20,897 bases of DNA from Oligoflexales bacterium (GTDB lineage Bacteria > Bdellovibrionota_B > Oligoflexia > Oligoflexales > Bog-1112): assembly GCA_045105515.1 (NCBI GenBank), contig JBGCDR010000105.1, forward strand, positions 1 to 20,897, given 5' to 3'. The translations under genes and the position numbers were made by a program. Below the pieces are notes generated by a model that did not search any database, was not told the origin of the DNA, and saw only the letters and a list, made by a program, of their open reading frames with translations. Below are positions 1 to 8,951 of this stretch, one piece after another. How positions within the stretch are numbered: the first letter of the stretch is position 1; each line of letters starts with the position of its first letter.

Positions 1-131
1 TTATAAAGCATCAAGTTGGCCTTGATAGGACAAAAATAAATTAGTACGAAATAGTTGAATTAACTGATGTGTCGGAAAATTTAAACAAGTAGTTATACTG
101 ACTCAATTAAGAAATAAAAGCATTTCGGTCA

Positions 132-1121
132 ATGCTCCTCTGTAGCTACACAGCCTTTCTTGACTCAGGTAACCTAACAGTGTTTTCGGCGCCATACGAT
201 GTTGCAAAGTCTGAAATTTTCGAATCTCACTCAGCTGCTCATACTGAGAAAGAAAAACTAAAAAAAGAGCTATCAAAAACTTCTAGATCAGTTCAGGCCC
301 AGGTCGAAAAAGCTTCTAAAGGTAAAGGAAAGCTGAGCAAACGCGGTATCAGCAATAAGGACCACGACTCTAAAGAGAAGATTAATCGAGCTAAGCTATT
401 TGGAGCTGATCTTGCTGATAGTCGCAAGAAGCAAATACTTAGTCAACGAAGTGAGCGGATCAGCAAGCAGATGGATGGAGTCAAGGTCAAAAAAGAGTAT
501 AGCCTAGGACTTTTTTTCGAGAAGATCCCCAGGGTAAAAAAACTTCACTTTGAAAAGACAGTTTTTAGCTATCATTTTCTGACTATAGATCAGCCAGAAA
601 TAAACCTTGAGCCAGGTCAAAAGCTCGCTATTACCGGTGACAATGGTGCTGGAAAATCTACTCTTTTGAGGGCATGGCTTTCGAAATTTCCTTACTCCTA
701 TGCATATGGTCCTCAGGAGTTTACATCGGCGGATATTAGGCGGTTAACTGATGAGTTGGCGCAGTTTGATAAAGAGACCCGAGGTAAAATCATGACCTTG
801 GTCAGCTGTTTAGGCTCTGACCCCAAGTCAATAGCAGCAGGAAGCATTCCGAGTCCTGGAGTTTGGCAAAAGATAGTCATTGCTCGTGCCATTATCGATG
901 CGGTGCCCTTTTTGATCCTTGATGAACCTACGAACCATATGGATCTATCAGCAATAGAAGTACTTGAAGAAGCTCTTGAAAAATTCAAGGGGACACTGAT
1001 TTGCGTTTCACATGATGCTGAATTTATTTCAAAAGTTTGCAATATCAAGCTTGATCTCCAAAAAACCAGCATGAAAACTAAGGCAAGGTTGATTTATTTG
1101 GATAAGGAAATTGAAAAATGA
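132..1121 (+). pseudogene. ABC-F family ATP-binding protein, N-terminally truncated (inter-domain linker plus second NBD only)
   Basis: One NBD: Walker A GDNGAGKST, degenerate signature SPGVWQK, Walker B LILDEPTNHMD, H-loop SHD. It is preceded by a charged helical linker and has no TM segments. The ORF begins (LLCSYTAFLDSGNL) at what looks like the tail of a first NBD, and the upstream frame is closed by a stop. Confidence 0.75.
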
Positions 1122-1657
1122 CGATATATATTATTACCGGCCCTCCTGGAGCTGGGAAATCAACCCTTGCAGATAAACTTGCGACACAGTTAGAGCAGGG
1201 GTTACATCTGCATTGTGACGATATATATAATATGGTCAAAGGTGGTTACAAAGCTCCATGGGATGATCATGATCATCGTCTCAAGAATCTCATGTTTGAT
1301 GCGGCTATCAATATTATTCAGACATATTCTTCTAACGGTTTTGATACTGTTGTTGACTATGTTTTCTCTCTAGATCAGCTGCGTAAATTTGTTTCTTCCG
1401 TATCTGGGCCAGCAGTTCTTCAAGTGGTACTGCCCGATGTAAAAATAAATGTAAAACAAGACCTGGATCGCAAGTGGGTGGCTGGTGAAGATAGAGTTCG
1501 CAAGTACCATCGTGAGTTTAGTGGTACCAAACAACTGCGTAGTTTTCTACTCGATACAACTTTGCTTGACCCTGGTGAAGCTCTACAGAAAATACTTAGT
1601 ATAACTCCCATAGATACCGACCATCTTGTGAATCAGATGGAGGATGCTATCGGATGA
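1118..1657 (+). CDS. P-loop small-molecule kinase (AAA_33/AAA_18-like, nucleoside/antibiotic kinase fold)
   Basis: N-terminal IYIITGPPGAGKST Walker A, HCDD and VVDY motifs; ATGA overlap with the upstream gene. Confidence 0.8.
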   Translation: MTIYIITGPPGAGKSTLADKLATQLEQGLHLHCDDIYNMVKGGYKAPWDDHDHRLKNLMFDAAINIIQTYSSNGFDTVVDYVFSLDQLRKFVSSVSGPAVLQVVLPDVKINVKQDLDRKWVAGEDRVRKYHREFSGTKQLRSFLLDTTLLDPGEALQKILSITPIDTDHLVNQMEDAIG

Positions 1658-2736
1658 CTTCGATTTCTATTTGTGCGCCAAAACCTAAATGGAAAGAAAA
1701 GTTTCTGACTTTTGGAAAGCGGAACGAAGTATTTCATATACCTTGGGTAACAACCCCAAACACTGATGAAGAATTTTTTGCATATCTTGAGCGCTATAAA
1801 GGTGAAGAGAATATTAGCTATTGGGCTCTGAAAGATAATGAAATTGTTGGAGTAATCAACCTCAACAACATTATTCTTGGCAAGTTTAGAAACGCTTTCT
1901 TAGGTTATTATGGCTCCAAAGAACTGTCAGGAAAAGGTTTTATGTCGCAAGGGATGAATCTGGTTTTGCAACAAGCATTCAACAAAGTCAAGTTGCATCG
2001 AGTTGAGTGTGCAATTCAGCCTGGCAACACCTCGTCTTTGAGTTTTATCAGACGCCTTGGATTTAACTTTGAAGGATATGCCCCGAAGTACCTCAATATA
2101 AATGGAGATTGGAAAGATCACTTCAAGTGGTCTCTGACCAAGGAGCAGTGGTCAGGGGAATCGTTTACATCTGGAGCTGCTAAACTTAGTGAATATGATT
2201 CCAATTGGCCTCAAGTCTTTGATGATATTCGCCAATCAATCATCGAAATAAGTCCGGTGATTCTTCCAATAGAGCATATTGGATCAACGGCAGTTCCTAA
2301 TTTAGCTGCCAAGCCAGTGATAGATATGCAAGTCGGAGTTGAGGATTTTAAACAAATTTCTCGGCTTAAATCTAGATTGGAAAATCTTGGATTAGAGTTT
2401 GTGAATGGAGTTGATCGTGATCATGTACCTTTTGAAGAACTAGAATTTGCAAGTTCAGGTTGGGAAAAACGATTCTTTCGAGGTGAGATAAGCGAATTTC
2501 GAGTAAATGTCCATATTAGAATTTTTGGGAATCCCAACTGGCGCTTTGCCCTTCTTTTTCGTGATTTTCTTAGGGCGAACGAGAAAGCTCTAATGGCCTA
2601 TGAGCAGGTAAAGAGAAGACTTAGTGAGCTCTGTATTGCAAGCGGGATATACGCCTACACCAAAGATCCTGTCTGCGATTTGATTTATTTACAGGCAGAG
2701 GAATGGGCTACCAAGACCAACTGGAAGGGAGTTTGA
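1654..2736 (+). CDS. RimJ/RimL-type GNAT acetyltransferase fused to a GrpB (nucleotidyltransferase-fold) domain
   Basis: N-half has AFLGYY, GKGFMS, LHRVECAIQPGNTSS, GFNFEG and INGDWKDH (RimJ-like). C-half has YDSNWP, IEHIGSTAVPNLAAKPVIDMQVGV, FRDFLR and YAYTKD (GrpB). Confidence 0.9.
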   Translation: MTSISICAPKPKWKEKFLTFGKRNEVFHIPWVTTPNTDEEFFAYLERYKGEENISYWALKDNEIVGVINLNNIILGKFRNAFLGYYGSKELSGKGFMSQGMNLVLQQAFNKVKLHRVECAIQPGNTSSLSFIRRLGFNFEGYAPKYLNINGDWKDHFKWSLTKEQWSGESFTSGAAKLSEYDSNWPQVFDDIRQSIIEISPVILPIEHIGSTAVPNLAAKPVIDMQVGVEDFKQISRLKSRLENLGLEFVNGVDRDHVPFEELEFASSGWEKRFFRGEISEFRVNVHIRIFGNPNWRFALLFRDFLRANEKALMAYEQVKRRLSELCIASGIYAYTKDPVCDLIYLQAEEWATKTNWKGV

Positions 2737-2765
2737 GTTCAATGCGGAACTCAACTTATCTTTTT
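2733..2765 (+). terminator. Possible intrinsic terminator or processing hairpin
   Basis: TTGAGTTC-aatgcg-GAACTCAA 8-bp stem overlapping the stop codon, followed by cttatcttttt. Confidence 0.4.
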
Positions 2766-2798
2766 ACTGTTAAAAGGGAATTTGAAGGATAAATATCC

Positions 2799-3563
2799 AT
2801 GTCTGAAGAAATCTATTTAAAATCCAATGTTCCGGTTTTTGAAGCGATATATGGAGAAGGATTTATATCCCTAGGGGGAGAAGTTGCAACCCTCAAAATG
2901 TTTAAACATGAAGAGGTTGCTAATAATACTCTTTTGGACATAGGTTTTGGGATTGGAGGAATGGCACATCTTTTGGCATCAAAATTTAATAGTAGAGTCC
3001 TAGGTGTAGAAGTCCATTCATGGATGCCAGACTACGCAAGAGAAACAGCTCCTAAACTCCAAAAGAGCCAATTCGATTTTGCTACTTACACGACCTCAGG
3101 TGAAATTCCATTTTTAGATGGTTCCGTTGATCTTGCCTATAGCAAAGGTGTTCTGACAAACGTTAAAGACAAAAGATCTTTATTTAAAGAAGTCAATCGT
3201 CTCCTTAAGTCAAATGGAAAGATTTGCCTGATTGACTGGCTTGTTCCAGCATCCAAAGGACCAATGTCTGAAACTCTCCCAATGGGAGATGCTTCACACA
3301 AGGAAACTGAATCAACATATAAATATTTGTTGCAACAAGCTGGTTTTTCAGAAATTTATTTTGAGGATGTATCTGAGGAGTACCTAGGATATGTGAGGAA
3401 TTTGGATGAAAAACTACGTTCTCGAGATCATCAAGAACAATACACAAACATAATTAATGACAATTTGCGTATCCAATTGATTGAATCCAATCAGATATTG
3501 ATGGCCTCAATTGAAAACGGACAGCAGCTCTCAGTAAAAATTAAGGCGAATAAGAGTGAATAG
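2799..3563 (+). CDS. Class I SAM-dependent methyltransferase (phosphoethanolamine N-methyltransferase-like)
   Basis: IYGEGFISLGG N-terminal motif, motif I LLDIGFGIGG, then VLGVE, SVDLAYS and LLKSNGKICLIDW. Confidence 0.85.
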   Translation: MSEEIYLKSNVPVFEAIYGEGFISLGGEVATLKMFKHEEVANNTLLDIGFGIGGMAHLLASKFNSRVLGVEVHSWMPDYARETAPKLQKSQFDFATYTTSGEIPFLDGSVDLAYSKGVLTNVKDKRSLFKEVNRLLKSNGKICLIDWLVPASKGPMSETLPMGDASHKETESTYKYLLQQAGFSEIYFEDVSEEYLGYVRNLDEKLRSRDHQEQYTNIINDNLRIQLIESNQILMASIENGQQLSVKIKANKSE

Positions 3564-4581
3564 AATAACTAAAATATTATTATTAGGGACATTAATGATA
3601 AGTAATAACGGGAAAGCCAATATTGAAGACCAGTATCTGGCTGAAACATCTTCTGGAATCATTGAAAGAGATGATATTTTTGTACTTTCAGGTTGTTCTG
3701 GAGGTGGAAAGTCGACCCTTCTTAGTGAATTGGCAGGGTATGGCTATTCAATAATACCTGAACCCGGAAGGGAAATTGTTAAGGAACAGACAGTAATTTC
3801 TGGGCCTGCTCTTCCATGGAAAAATTTGGATAAATTCTTAGAACTGGCCCTATCGAGGTACATTTTTCGATTCAATTCAGAACCTAAGAATGGCAAGCCT
3901 GTATTTGCAGATCGAAGTATTATAGATGCTGTCCTACTAAACAGCGCCCAACCGAGTTATTTTCAAGCTGCCGCTAGAAAATTTCGTTACAATAAGACTG
4001 TTTTCTTGGTCCCTCCATGGCCCGAGTTATTCAAGGCTGATTCTGAACGTAAGCATTCTTACAAAGATGCTGTTAAAGAATATGATGAGCTGGTCGCAAA
4101 ATATAAGAAATACGGCTATAAAACAATTCTAGTCCCCAAGACTAATGTGAAAGAAAGAGCATCTTTTATACTTGAACACGTAAATATGGTGAGACACACA
4201 AGGAATGATGACTTTGCGCTAGCGCAAACTAAAAAGCTGCTTAAATGGAATCAACAAAAACTAACTCATCAAGCAGAATTAAAAAAGTCAGATCTTAAAG
4301 AGCTTTTCTCTCAGAAGTTTACAGTTAAGGCAAATGAAAGAACTTATGATGCGGATTATGAGAACTATTATGCTTTCTTAAATCAATTTCGTTCTACCAT
4401 TAAGTCGATTGAATATGATGTTCAAGAGTATATAGTTTCAGGTTTGTCAATAACTCTCCCTTTGACTGCCAAAGTTACACGCCTTTCAGGTAGTGTAGAC
4501 ATGTTTTCAGCAATCATGCTTGTAAAATATAGCCCTGAAGGAAAAATTGTCCACTGGCAAGAAGTGTACTCAAAGAATTGA
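3556..4581 (+). CDS. AAA_28-type P-loop ATPase/kinase with a C-terminal NTF2/SnoaL-like domain and a possible signal peptide
   Basis: FVLSGCSGGGKSTLL, EPGR, FADRSIID, VFLVPPW and ERKH motifs. The C-terminal ~125 aa ends GKIVHWQEVY (NTF2-like). The N-terminus is basic then hydrophobic. Confidence 0.75.
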   Translation: MNRITKILLLGTLMISNNGKANIEDQYLAETSSGIIERDDIFVLSGCSGGGKSTLLSELAGYGYSIIPEPGREIVKEQTVISGPALPWKNLDKFLELALSRYIFRFNSEPKNGKPVFADRSIIDAVLLNSAQPSYFQAAARKFRYNKTVFLVPPWPELFKADSERKHSYKDAVKEYDELVAKYKKYGYKTILVPKTNVKERASFILEHVNMVRHTRNDDFALAQTKKLLKWNQQKLTHQAELKKSDLKELFSQKFTVKANERTYDADYENYYAFLNQFRSTIKSIEYDVQEYIVSGLSITLPLTAKVTRLSGSVDMFSAIMLVKYSPEGKIVHWQEVYSKN

Positions 4582-4615
4582 CAGTGCCATTTAACATAGA
4601 GTGTGGAAGATAAAA

Positions 4616-5146
4616 ATGCCTAGAATTGATCATTATAGCGTTAGAGTCATACTTATCAATGATAAGAACGAATTACTTCTAATGCACGCTAAAGATCCTT
4701 CAACTACAAGAACTGACGGAAAATACAATGGTGACTTTTGGTTTTTGATTGGAGGAGAGCAAGAAAACGGGGAATCTGTCATTCAGACAGCGGTAAGAGA
4801 ACTTTGGGAAGAAACCGGACTAAAGGAAGCCGAATTTAAACTTGGACCCATAGTTTGGAAGGGGGAGTTCGATTTAGTGTTGTCTGGTAAAGAGAGGCGA
4901 ATGAAGCAGAAGTTTATTGTTGCTAGAACTGATGATAATTCTGTTTGCCTTAACAACCTGACCGAATCAGAGAAAAAGGTTGTTAAAGAGATTAGGTGGT
5001 TTTCTCTTGATGAAATTAAGCAAAGTGAGGAAATCATATATCCGGTATTGCTTCCCGAATATCTAGCGCCCATTTTGTCTGGGATATATCCATCTGAAGC
5101 CATAGAAGTGGATATAGGAAGAAATCCTGATGAGGTAATAAAGTAA
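4616..5146 (+). CDS. NUDIX hydrolase
   Basis: Nudix box GGEQENGESVIQTAVRELWEETGL. ATG 4616 preferred over GTG 4601. Confidence 0.9.
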   Translation: MPRIDHYSVRVILINDKNELLLMHAKDPSTTRTDGKYNGDFWFLIGGEQENGESVIQTAVRELWEETGLKEAEFKLGPIVWKGEFDLVLSGKERRMKQKFIVARTDDNSVCLNNLTESEKKVVKEIRWFSLDEIKQSEEIIYPVLLPEYLAPILSGIYPSEAIEVDIGRNPDEVIK

Positions 5147-6043
5147 ATGCCAGAAACAAAACTTCACGACGATGAAGTCGATATTGATGTGACAATCGTT
5201 AAACATTTGATAGCTAAGCAGTTCCCTCAGTATGATAGACAAGTTGTTTCAGCTCTTGTCCCTTCTGGGACTGATAACAAAATGTTTAAGCTTGGTCTGG
5301 ATAAGATTGTTCGACTTCCGAGAACTAGTGGTGCTGTAGCAAGTTTGCAAAAAGAAGAAAAATGGTTACCAATAATCGGAGAAAATCTTCCGACAGCTGT
5401 GCCAATACCAATCCATGCGGGAGAGCCTACAAAGGAATACCCCTTTCCATGGCTTATAATTCCATTCATCAGTGGAAGTACTCCAGGGCTATCGAACCCA
5501 CTCGATGGAGAGCAGGCAGCATTCGATCTTGCTAAATTCATTGGTGCAATGCAACAACAAGATACGAATGGTGCTCCATTATGCACCAGAGGGCAGCATA
5601 TAAAGAATAGGGATAGTGCTGTTAGGAAAAGTGTTGAGTTGTTGGGTGATGAATATGATTTGGATCAACTCTTAGAAATTTGGAACGATTCTGTAAACAC
5701 GCCTAGATGGGAAGGGCCTTCATGCTGGATTCATGGTGATCTGCATGTAGGAAATATTCTCAGCAACGGTGGTAAAATTAACGCTATTGTTGACTTTGGC
5801 TTGTGTGGGGTCGGTGAGCCTTCTTGTGATTTCATGCCCGCTTGGACTCTACTCAAAAAAGAGAATCGAGAGAAGTTTCGATCGTTGATAAACGCTGATG
5901 AAAATTGTTGGAAGCGAGCTAGGGGTTGGGCTTTTAGTATGGGAGTCCTTGGGTATCCATACTACAAAAATACTAATCCTATTTTTGCATCGATCGCAAA
6001 AAATGCCATGGACCAAGCTATTGCTGACTTTGTCGGTTATTAG
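5147..6043 (+). CDS. Aminoglycoside phosphotransferase (APH)-family kinase
   Basis: SGTDN loop, VRLPR, Brenner motif WIHGDLHVGNIL, IVDFG, RARGWA; directly abuts the NUDIX stop. Confidence 0.9.
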   Translation: MPETKLHDDEVDIDVTIVKHLIAKQFPQYDRQVVSALVPSGTDNKMFKLGLDKIVRLPRTSGAVASLQKEEKWLPIIGENLPTAVPIPIHAGEPTKEYPFPWLIIPFISGSTPGLSNPLDGEQAAFDLAKFIGAMQQQDTNGAPLCTRGQHIKNRDSAVRKSVELLGDEYDLDQLLEIWNDSVNTPRWEGPSCWIHGDLHVGNILSNGGKINAIVDFGLCGVGEPSCDFMPAWTLLKKENREKFRSLINADENCWKRARGWAFSMGVLGYPYYKNTNPIFASIAKNAMDQAIADFVGY

Positions 6044-6071
6044 CTAATAATATCATGAAGGAAGCAGAGCC

Positions 6072-7073
6072 ATGTCCGATTTGAAGAAAATTATCATTGA
6101 TTGCTTGCAAACTCACTATCTCATTAAAGTCACCATGGTCAAACAGCTTGCGTTAGGAGCGGATATAAACGCATGTGTATTTGAAGCTCAAAGCAGTGAT
6201 GAAAAATCTTACTTCGTCAAAGTAAAAAATGGTCATCCTGATGAAATGAATTTGATGATTTTCGAGCTTTTGCAATCGGTAGGGATACAAGATATCATTT
6301 TTCCGCTCAAAACAACTGAAGGGAACCTAACTCATAAACATGATGACAATAACTTGATTGTTTACCCTTTTGTTGATGGTCAGGATGGATTTCATCGATC
6401 TTTAAGCCATCAACAATGGATTCGTCTCGGTAAAACATTATCAAAAATTCATAGCGTGGAAGTTCCTGGTTCAATACAAGACGTTATTCGACGAGAAGAT
6501 TTTTCTCCTAAGTGGAGAAATGTCGTTAAGTCTCTTTACGCTCAGATTGAAAAAATGGAAATTACTGATGAAATAGGCCTTAAATTCTCACAGCTCATAG
6601 TAGAGAATAAAGAAACTATTGAGCAGATGATAAATTATGCTGAAAAACTTGGTGTAGGTCTACAAAATCAGTCCCTAAAATATGTCCTGTGTCATTCAGA
6701 TATTCATGCTGGAAATATTCTATTAAGTGAAAACGATACGTTTCATATTGTCGATTGGGATGACCCGATAATGGCACCTAAAGAGAGAGATCTTATGTTT
6801 ATTGGTGGTGGCGTAGGAAATGTTTGGAATCAACAAAATGAGGAGGAGTTGTTTTATAAAGGCTATGAAAATGAATCGATAGACGAGACAATCCTAGCCT
6901 ATTATCGCTTTGAACGGATCGTTGAAGATATTGCAGAATATGGCCAGGAACTGCTTTTTAACGATGGTGTCAACAAAGATAGAGAGCAGATGTACAGAGA
7001 TGTTTTAGATCAGTTCGAACCGCAAGGCGTCATTGATATAGCTTTTCGAACTTATAAGAAGCTGGTTCAATAA
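6072..7073 (+). CDS. aph(9): APH(9)-like spectinomycin phosphotransferase
   Basis: GADINA, SYFVKVK, SPKWR, YVLCHSDIHAGNIL, DWDDPIMAPKERDLMFIGGGVGNVWN and YYRFERIVEDIA closely match my recollection of Legionella APH(9)-Ia. Confidence 0.8.
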   Translation: MSDLKKIIIDCLQTHYLIKVTMVKQLALGADINACVFEAQSSDEKSYFVKVKNGHPDEMNLMIFELLQSVGIQDIIFPLKTTEGNLTHKHDDNNLIVYPFVDGQDGFHRSLSHQQWIRLGKTLSKIHSVEVPGSIQDVIRREDFSPKWRNVVKSLYAQIEKMEITDEIGLKFSQLIVENKETIEQMINYAEKLGVGLQNQSLKYVLCHSDIHAGNILLSENDTFHIVDWDDPIMAPKERDLMFIGGGVGNVWNQQNEEELFYKGYENESIDETILAYYRFERIVEDIAEYGQELLFNDGVNKDREQMYRDVLDQFEPQGVIDIAFRTYKKLVQ

Positions 7074-7119
7074 AGAACTCCATTTGAGTCATTGGGGTCT
7101 TTTAATAAAGAGGTTTATA

Positions 7120-7752
7120 ATGGAATATCCAAATCCTAATCAACTATTTCCCATTCAGGGAACCAAACGTGTATGTTTCATTGCGAATACCGTCAAGAAT
7201 CCAAATATTAAAATTGGTGATTACACATATTATGATGATCCAGATGATGCAGAGAATTTTGAAAGGAACGTACTGTATCATTTTGACTTTGTTGGCGACC
7301 AGCTAATTATTGGAAAATTCTGTGCTATTGCAACAGGCGTAAAGTTCATCATGAACGGAGCCAACCATCGTTCAGATACTTTTTCATCTTATCCCTTTGC
7401 TGTTATGGGTGGTGAGTGGGCATCTATGCTAAAAGGACAAGATATTGGAGCTCCGTCAAAAGGTGATACAGTTATAGGAAATGATGTCTGGATAGGATAC
7501 GAAGCAACCATTATGCCAGGTGTGAAAATAGGAGATGGATCGATCATTGCATCCAAGTCAGTTGTCGTAAAAGATGTAGAGCCTTACTCTATTGTAGGTG
7601 GAAATCCTGCTAAAGAAATCAGAAAACGATTTGATGAGAAGACGGTTGGGGATTTGCTGCGATTAAAGTGGTGGGATTGGACAGTTGAAAAAATCACAAA
7701 AAGGCTTCCAAATATTTTTAGTAGCGACCGCTCAAAGCTTCAAAATTTATGA
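7120..7752 (+). CDS. vat: Vat/CatB-type xenobiotic O-acetyltransferase (streptogramin A acetyltransferase-like)
   Basis: PNPNQLFP, NPNIKIGDYTYYDD, VLYHFDFVGDQLIIGKFCAIA, MNGANH, KGDTVIGNDVWIG, hexapeptide repeats and WWDW. ATG 7120 follows AGAGG. Confidence 0.8.
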   Translation: MEYPNPNQLFPIQGTKRVCFIANTVKNPNIKIGDYTYYDDPDDAENFERNVLYHFDFVGDQLIIGKFCAIATGVKFIMNGANHRSDTFSSYPFAVMGGEWASMLKGQDIGAPSKGDTVIGNDVWIGYEATIMPGVKIGDGSIIASKSVVVKDVEPYSIVGGNPAKEIRKRFDEKTVGDLLRLKWWDWTVEKITKRLPNIFSSDRSKLQNL

Positions 7753-7837
7753 TGAGCCTTGACATCAAGGGATGTCTGTTGGCAAAAAAGATGTTTTTCT
7801 TAAGTTTTGGAACATGGCGACTTGTGCTCTCCTAAAG

Positions 7838-7859
7838 TAGCTCTCTCATTAGAGAGCTA
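7838..7859. terminator. Hairpin between the convergent vat-like and flavodoxin genes
   Basis: TAGCTCTCT-catt-AGAGAGCTA perfect 9-bp stem; weak U-tract. Confidence 0.45.
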
Positions 7860-8435
7860 GCGCTCTACATTTAAATATTCCAATTGGCCTCTCTTGAAAG
7901 TGGTTGTAATGGCAGCGATTCGCTTTCCAAACAACTCGGCAGTCAAGAGGTCTTCCACTCTTAATTTCTGATTCTTATCAGAAATGGAACTTGCCCCAAG
8001 TCCCATCCAGAATCCATCGCAGTTTCTTCGGTCCTTTGAATCAGAAAACTTGTCGCCTAATTCACTTTGTCCCACCCATATCATTCCATGTTGAGCAGCA
8101 AAAACTGCTAATTGAACCAGCGTCATTAGTTTGTCTCCGGATGGGCACCCTCCAACTGTGAATCCAGCAGCGACCTTGTCCTTCCAAGGCTGCTCAGTCC
8201 AAAATTTGCTTGTAGCATCCATGAAGCCTTTAAAGTGTGAGTCAGCACTGCCCATATATGTCGGTGAACCGAATACTAATCCATCCATTTTATGCAGATC
8301 TTCGATATCAAAATCTTGCCTGACATCTATAATCTGCACTCTAGCAATTTCCTCAATTCCTTTTGCAAGATGTTTTGCCACTAGTTCTGTGTGGCCACTG
8401 CCAGTTGAGTATAGGACTGCTATGTCTGCATTCAT
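7857..8435 (-). CDS. WrbA-like flavodoxin / NAD(P)H-dependent oxidoreductase
   Basis: FMN loop YSTGSGHT, FGSPTYMGS, WKDKVAAGFT, SGDK and AAQHGMIWVG. Alternative TTG start at 8444. Confidence 0.88.
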   Translation of the reverse strand: MNADIAVLYSTGSGHTELVAKHLAKGIEEIARVQIIDVRQDFDIEDLHKMDGLVFGSPTYMGSADSHFKGFMDATSKFWTEQPWKDKVAAGFTVGGCPSGDKLMTLVQLAVFAAQHGMIWVGQSELGDKFSDSKDRRNCDGFWMGLGASSISDKNQKLRVEDLLTAELFGKRIAAITTTFKRGQLEYLNVER

Positions 8436-8468
8436 TTTTCTCAATACTCCAAGAATTCTTTGGTCATT

Positions 8469-8882
8469 TTATCCCTCAATCTGTCTTTTCAAGCTTTCCA
8501 TGTCGTTGCGGACCCAACTTTCTTTTATTTTTCCATTTTCAAAACTCACCATCGTGAGACTGCTTATCTTTACTCTCCTTCCTGTGGCATCGAGGCCAAA
8601 AATATTTCCAGAATGTGTACCTTCAAAAGTGGCTTTTGAGGCAACGAAGGCATCTTCAGCAACAAGATGGTCGAGGGTTATTTTGAAATCTGGAAAAGCA
8701 CCTTTGAACATAGAGACAACTTGCTCTATGGCTTTTTTGCCTGAGTCAATATTGGGTGGTGCATCGTGCAATGTGTAGTCATCTGTGACATATTGATCGA
8801 GTAATTCAAGCTTCCCCTGATTGAAGATTTCCTCAATGTAGCTTCTATAGGTTATTTTGTTCTTTGAGGTTGTGCTTTCCAT
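8469..8882 (-). CDS. SnoaL-like ester cyclase family protein
   Basis: EIFNQG, AFPDFKITLDHLVAED, FEGTHSG, ATGRRV and ENGKIKESW. ATG 8882 follows the RBS AGGAG. Confidence 0.88.
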   Translation of the reverse strand: MESTTSKNKITYRSYIEEIFNQGKLELLDQYVTDDYTLHDAPPNIDSGKKAIEQVVSMFKGAFPDFKITLDHLVAEDAFVASKATFEGTHSGNIFGLDATGRRVKISSLTMVSFENGKIKESWVRNDMESLKRQIEG

Positions 8883-8915
8883 GATTTCTCCTGTTATTGG
8901 TGACTGAAAGTAGGT

Positions 8916-8946
8916 ATGATAAAACCTCAAGTTAACTTGAGGTCAA
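8916..8946 (-). promoter_or_regulatory. SoxR-activated promoter with sox box
   Basis: On the - strand, -35 TTGACC (8946-8941), 19-bp spacer and -10 TATCAT (8921-8916). The perfect palindrome ACCTCAAGTTAACTTGAGGT (8924-8943) matches the canonical SoxR operator. Confidence 0.93.
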
Positions 8947-8951
8947 GTAAA

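Noticed and set aside
132..7752. Integron cassette array
   Set aside because: Genes overlap or abut, leaving no room for attC sites, and the integrase in the window is phage-type rather than IntI-like.
8131..8778. 215-aa + strand ORF and other antisense shadow ORFs (e.g. 713-1072, 4783-5103, 5227-5586, 14513-14878, 18560-18922)
   Set aside because: They lie opposite well-supported genes and have no recognisable motifs.
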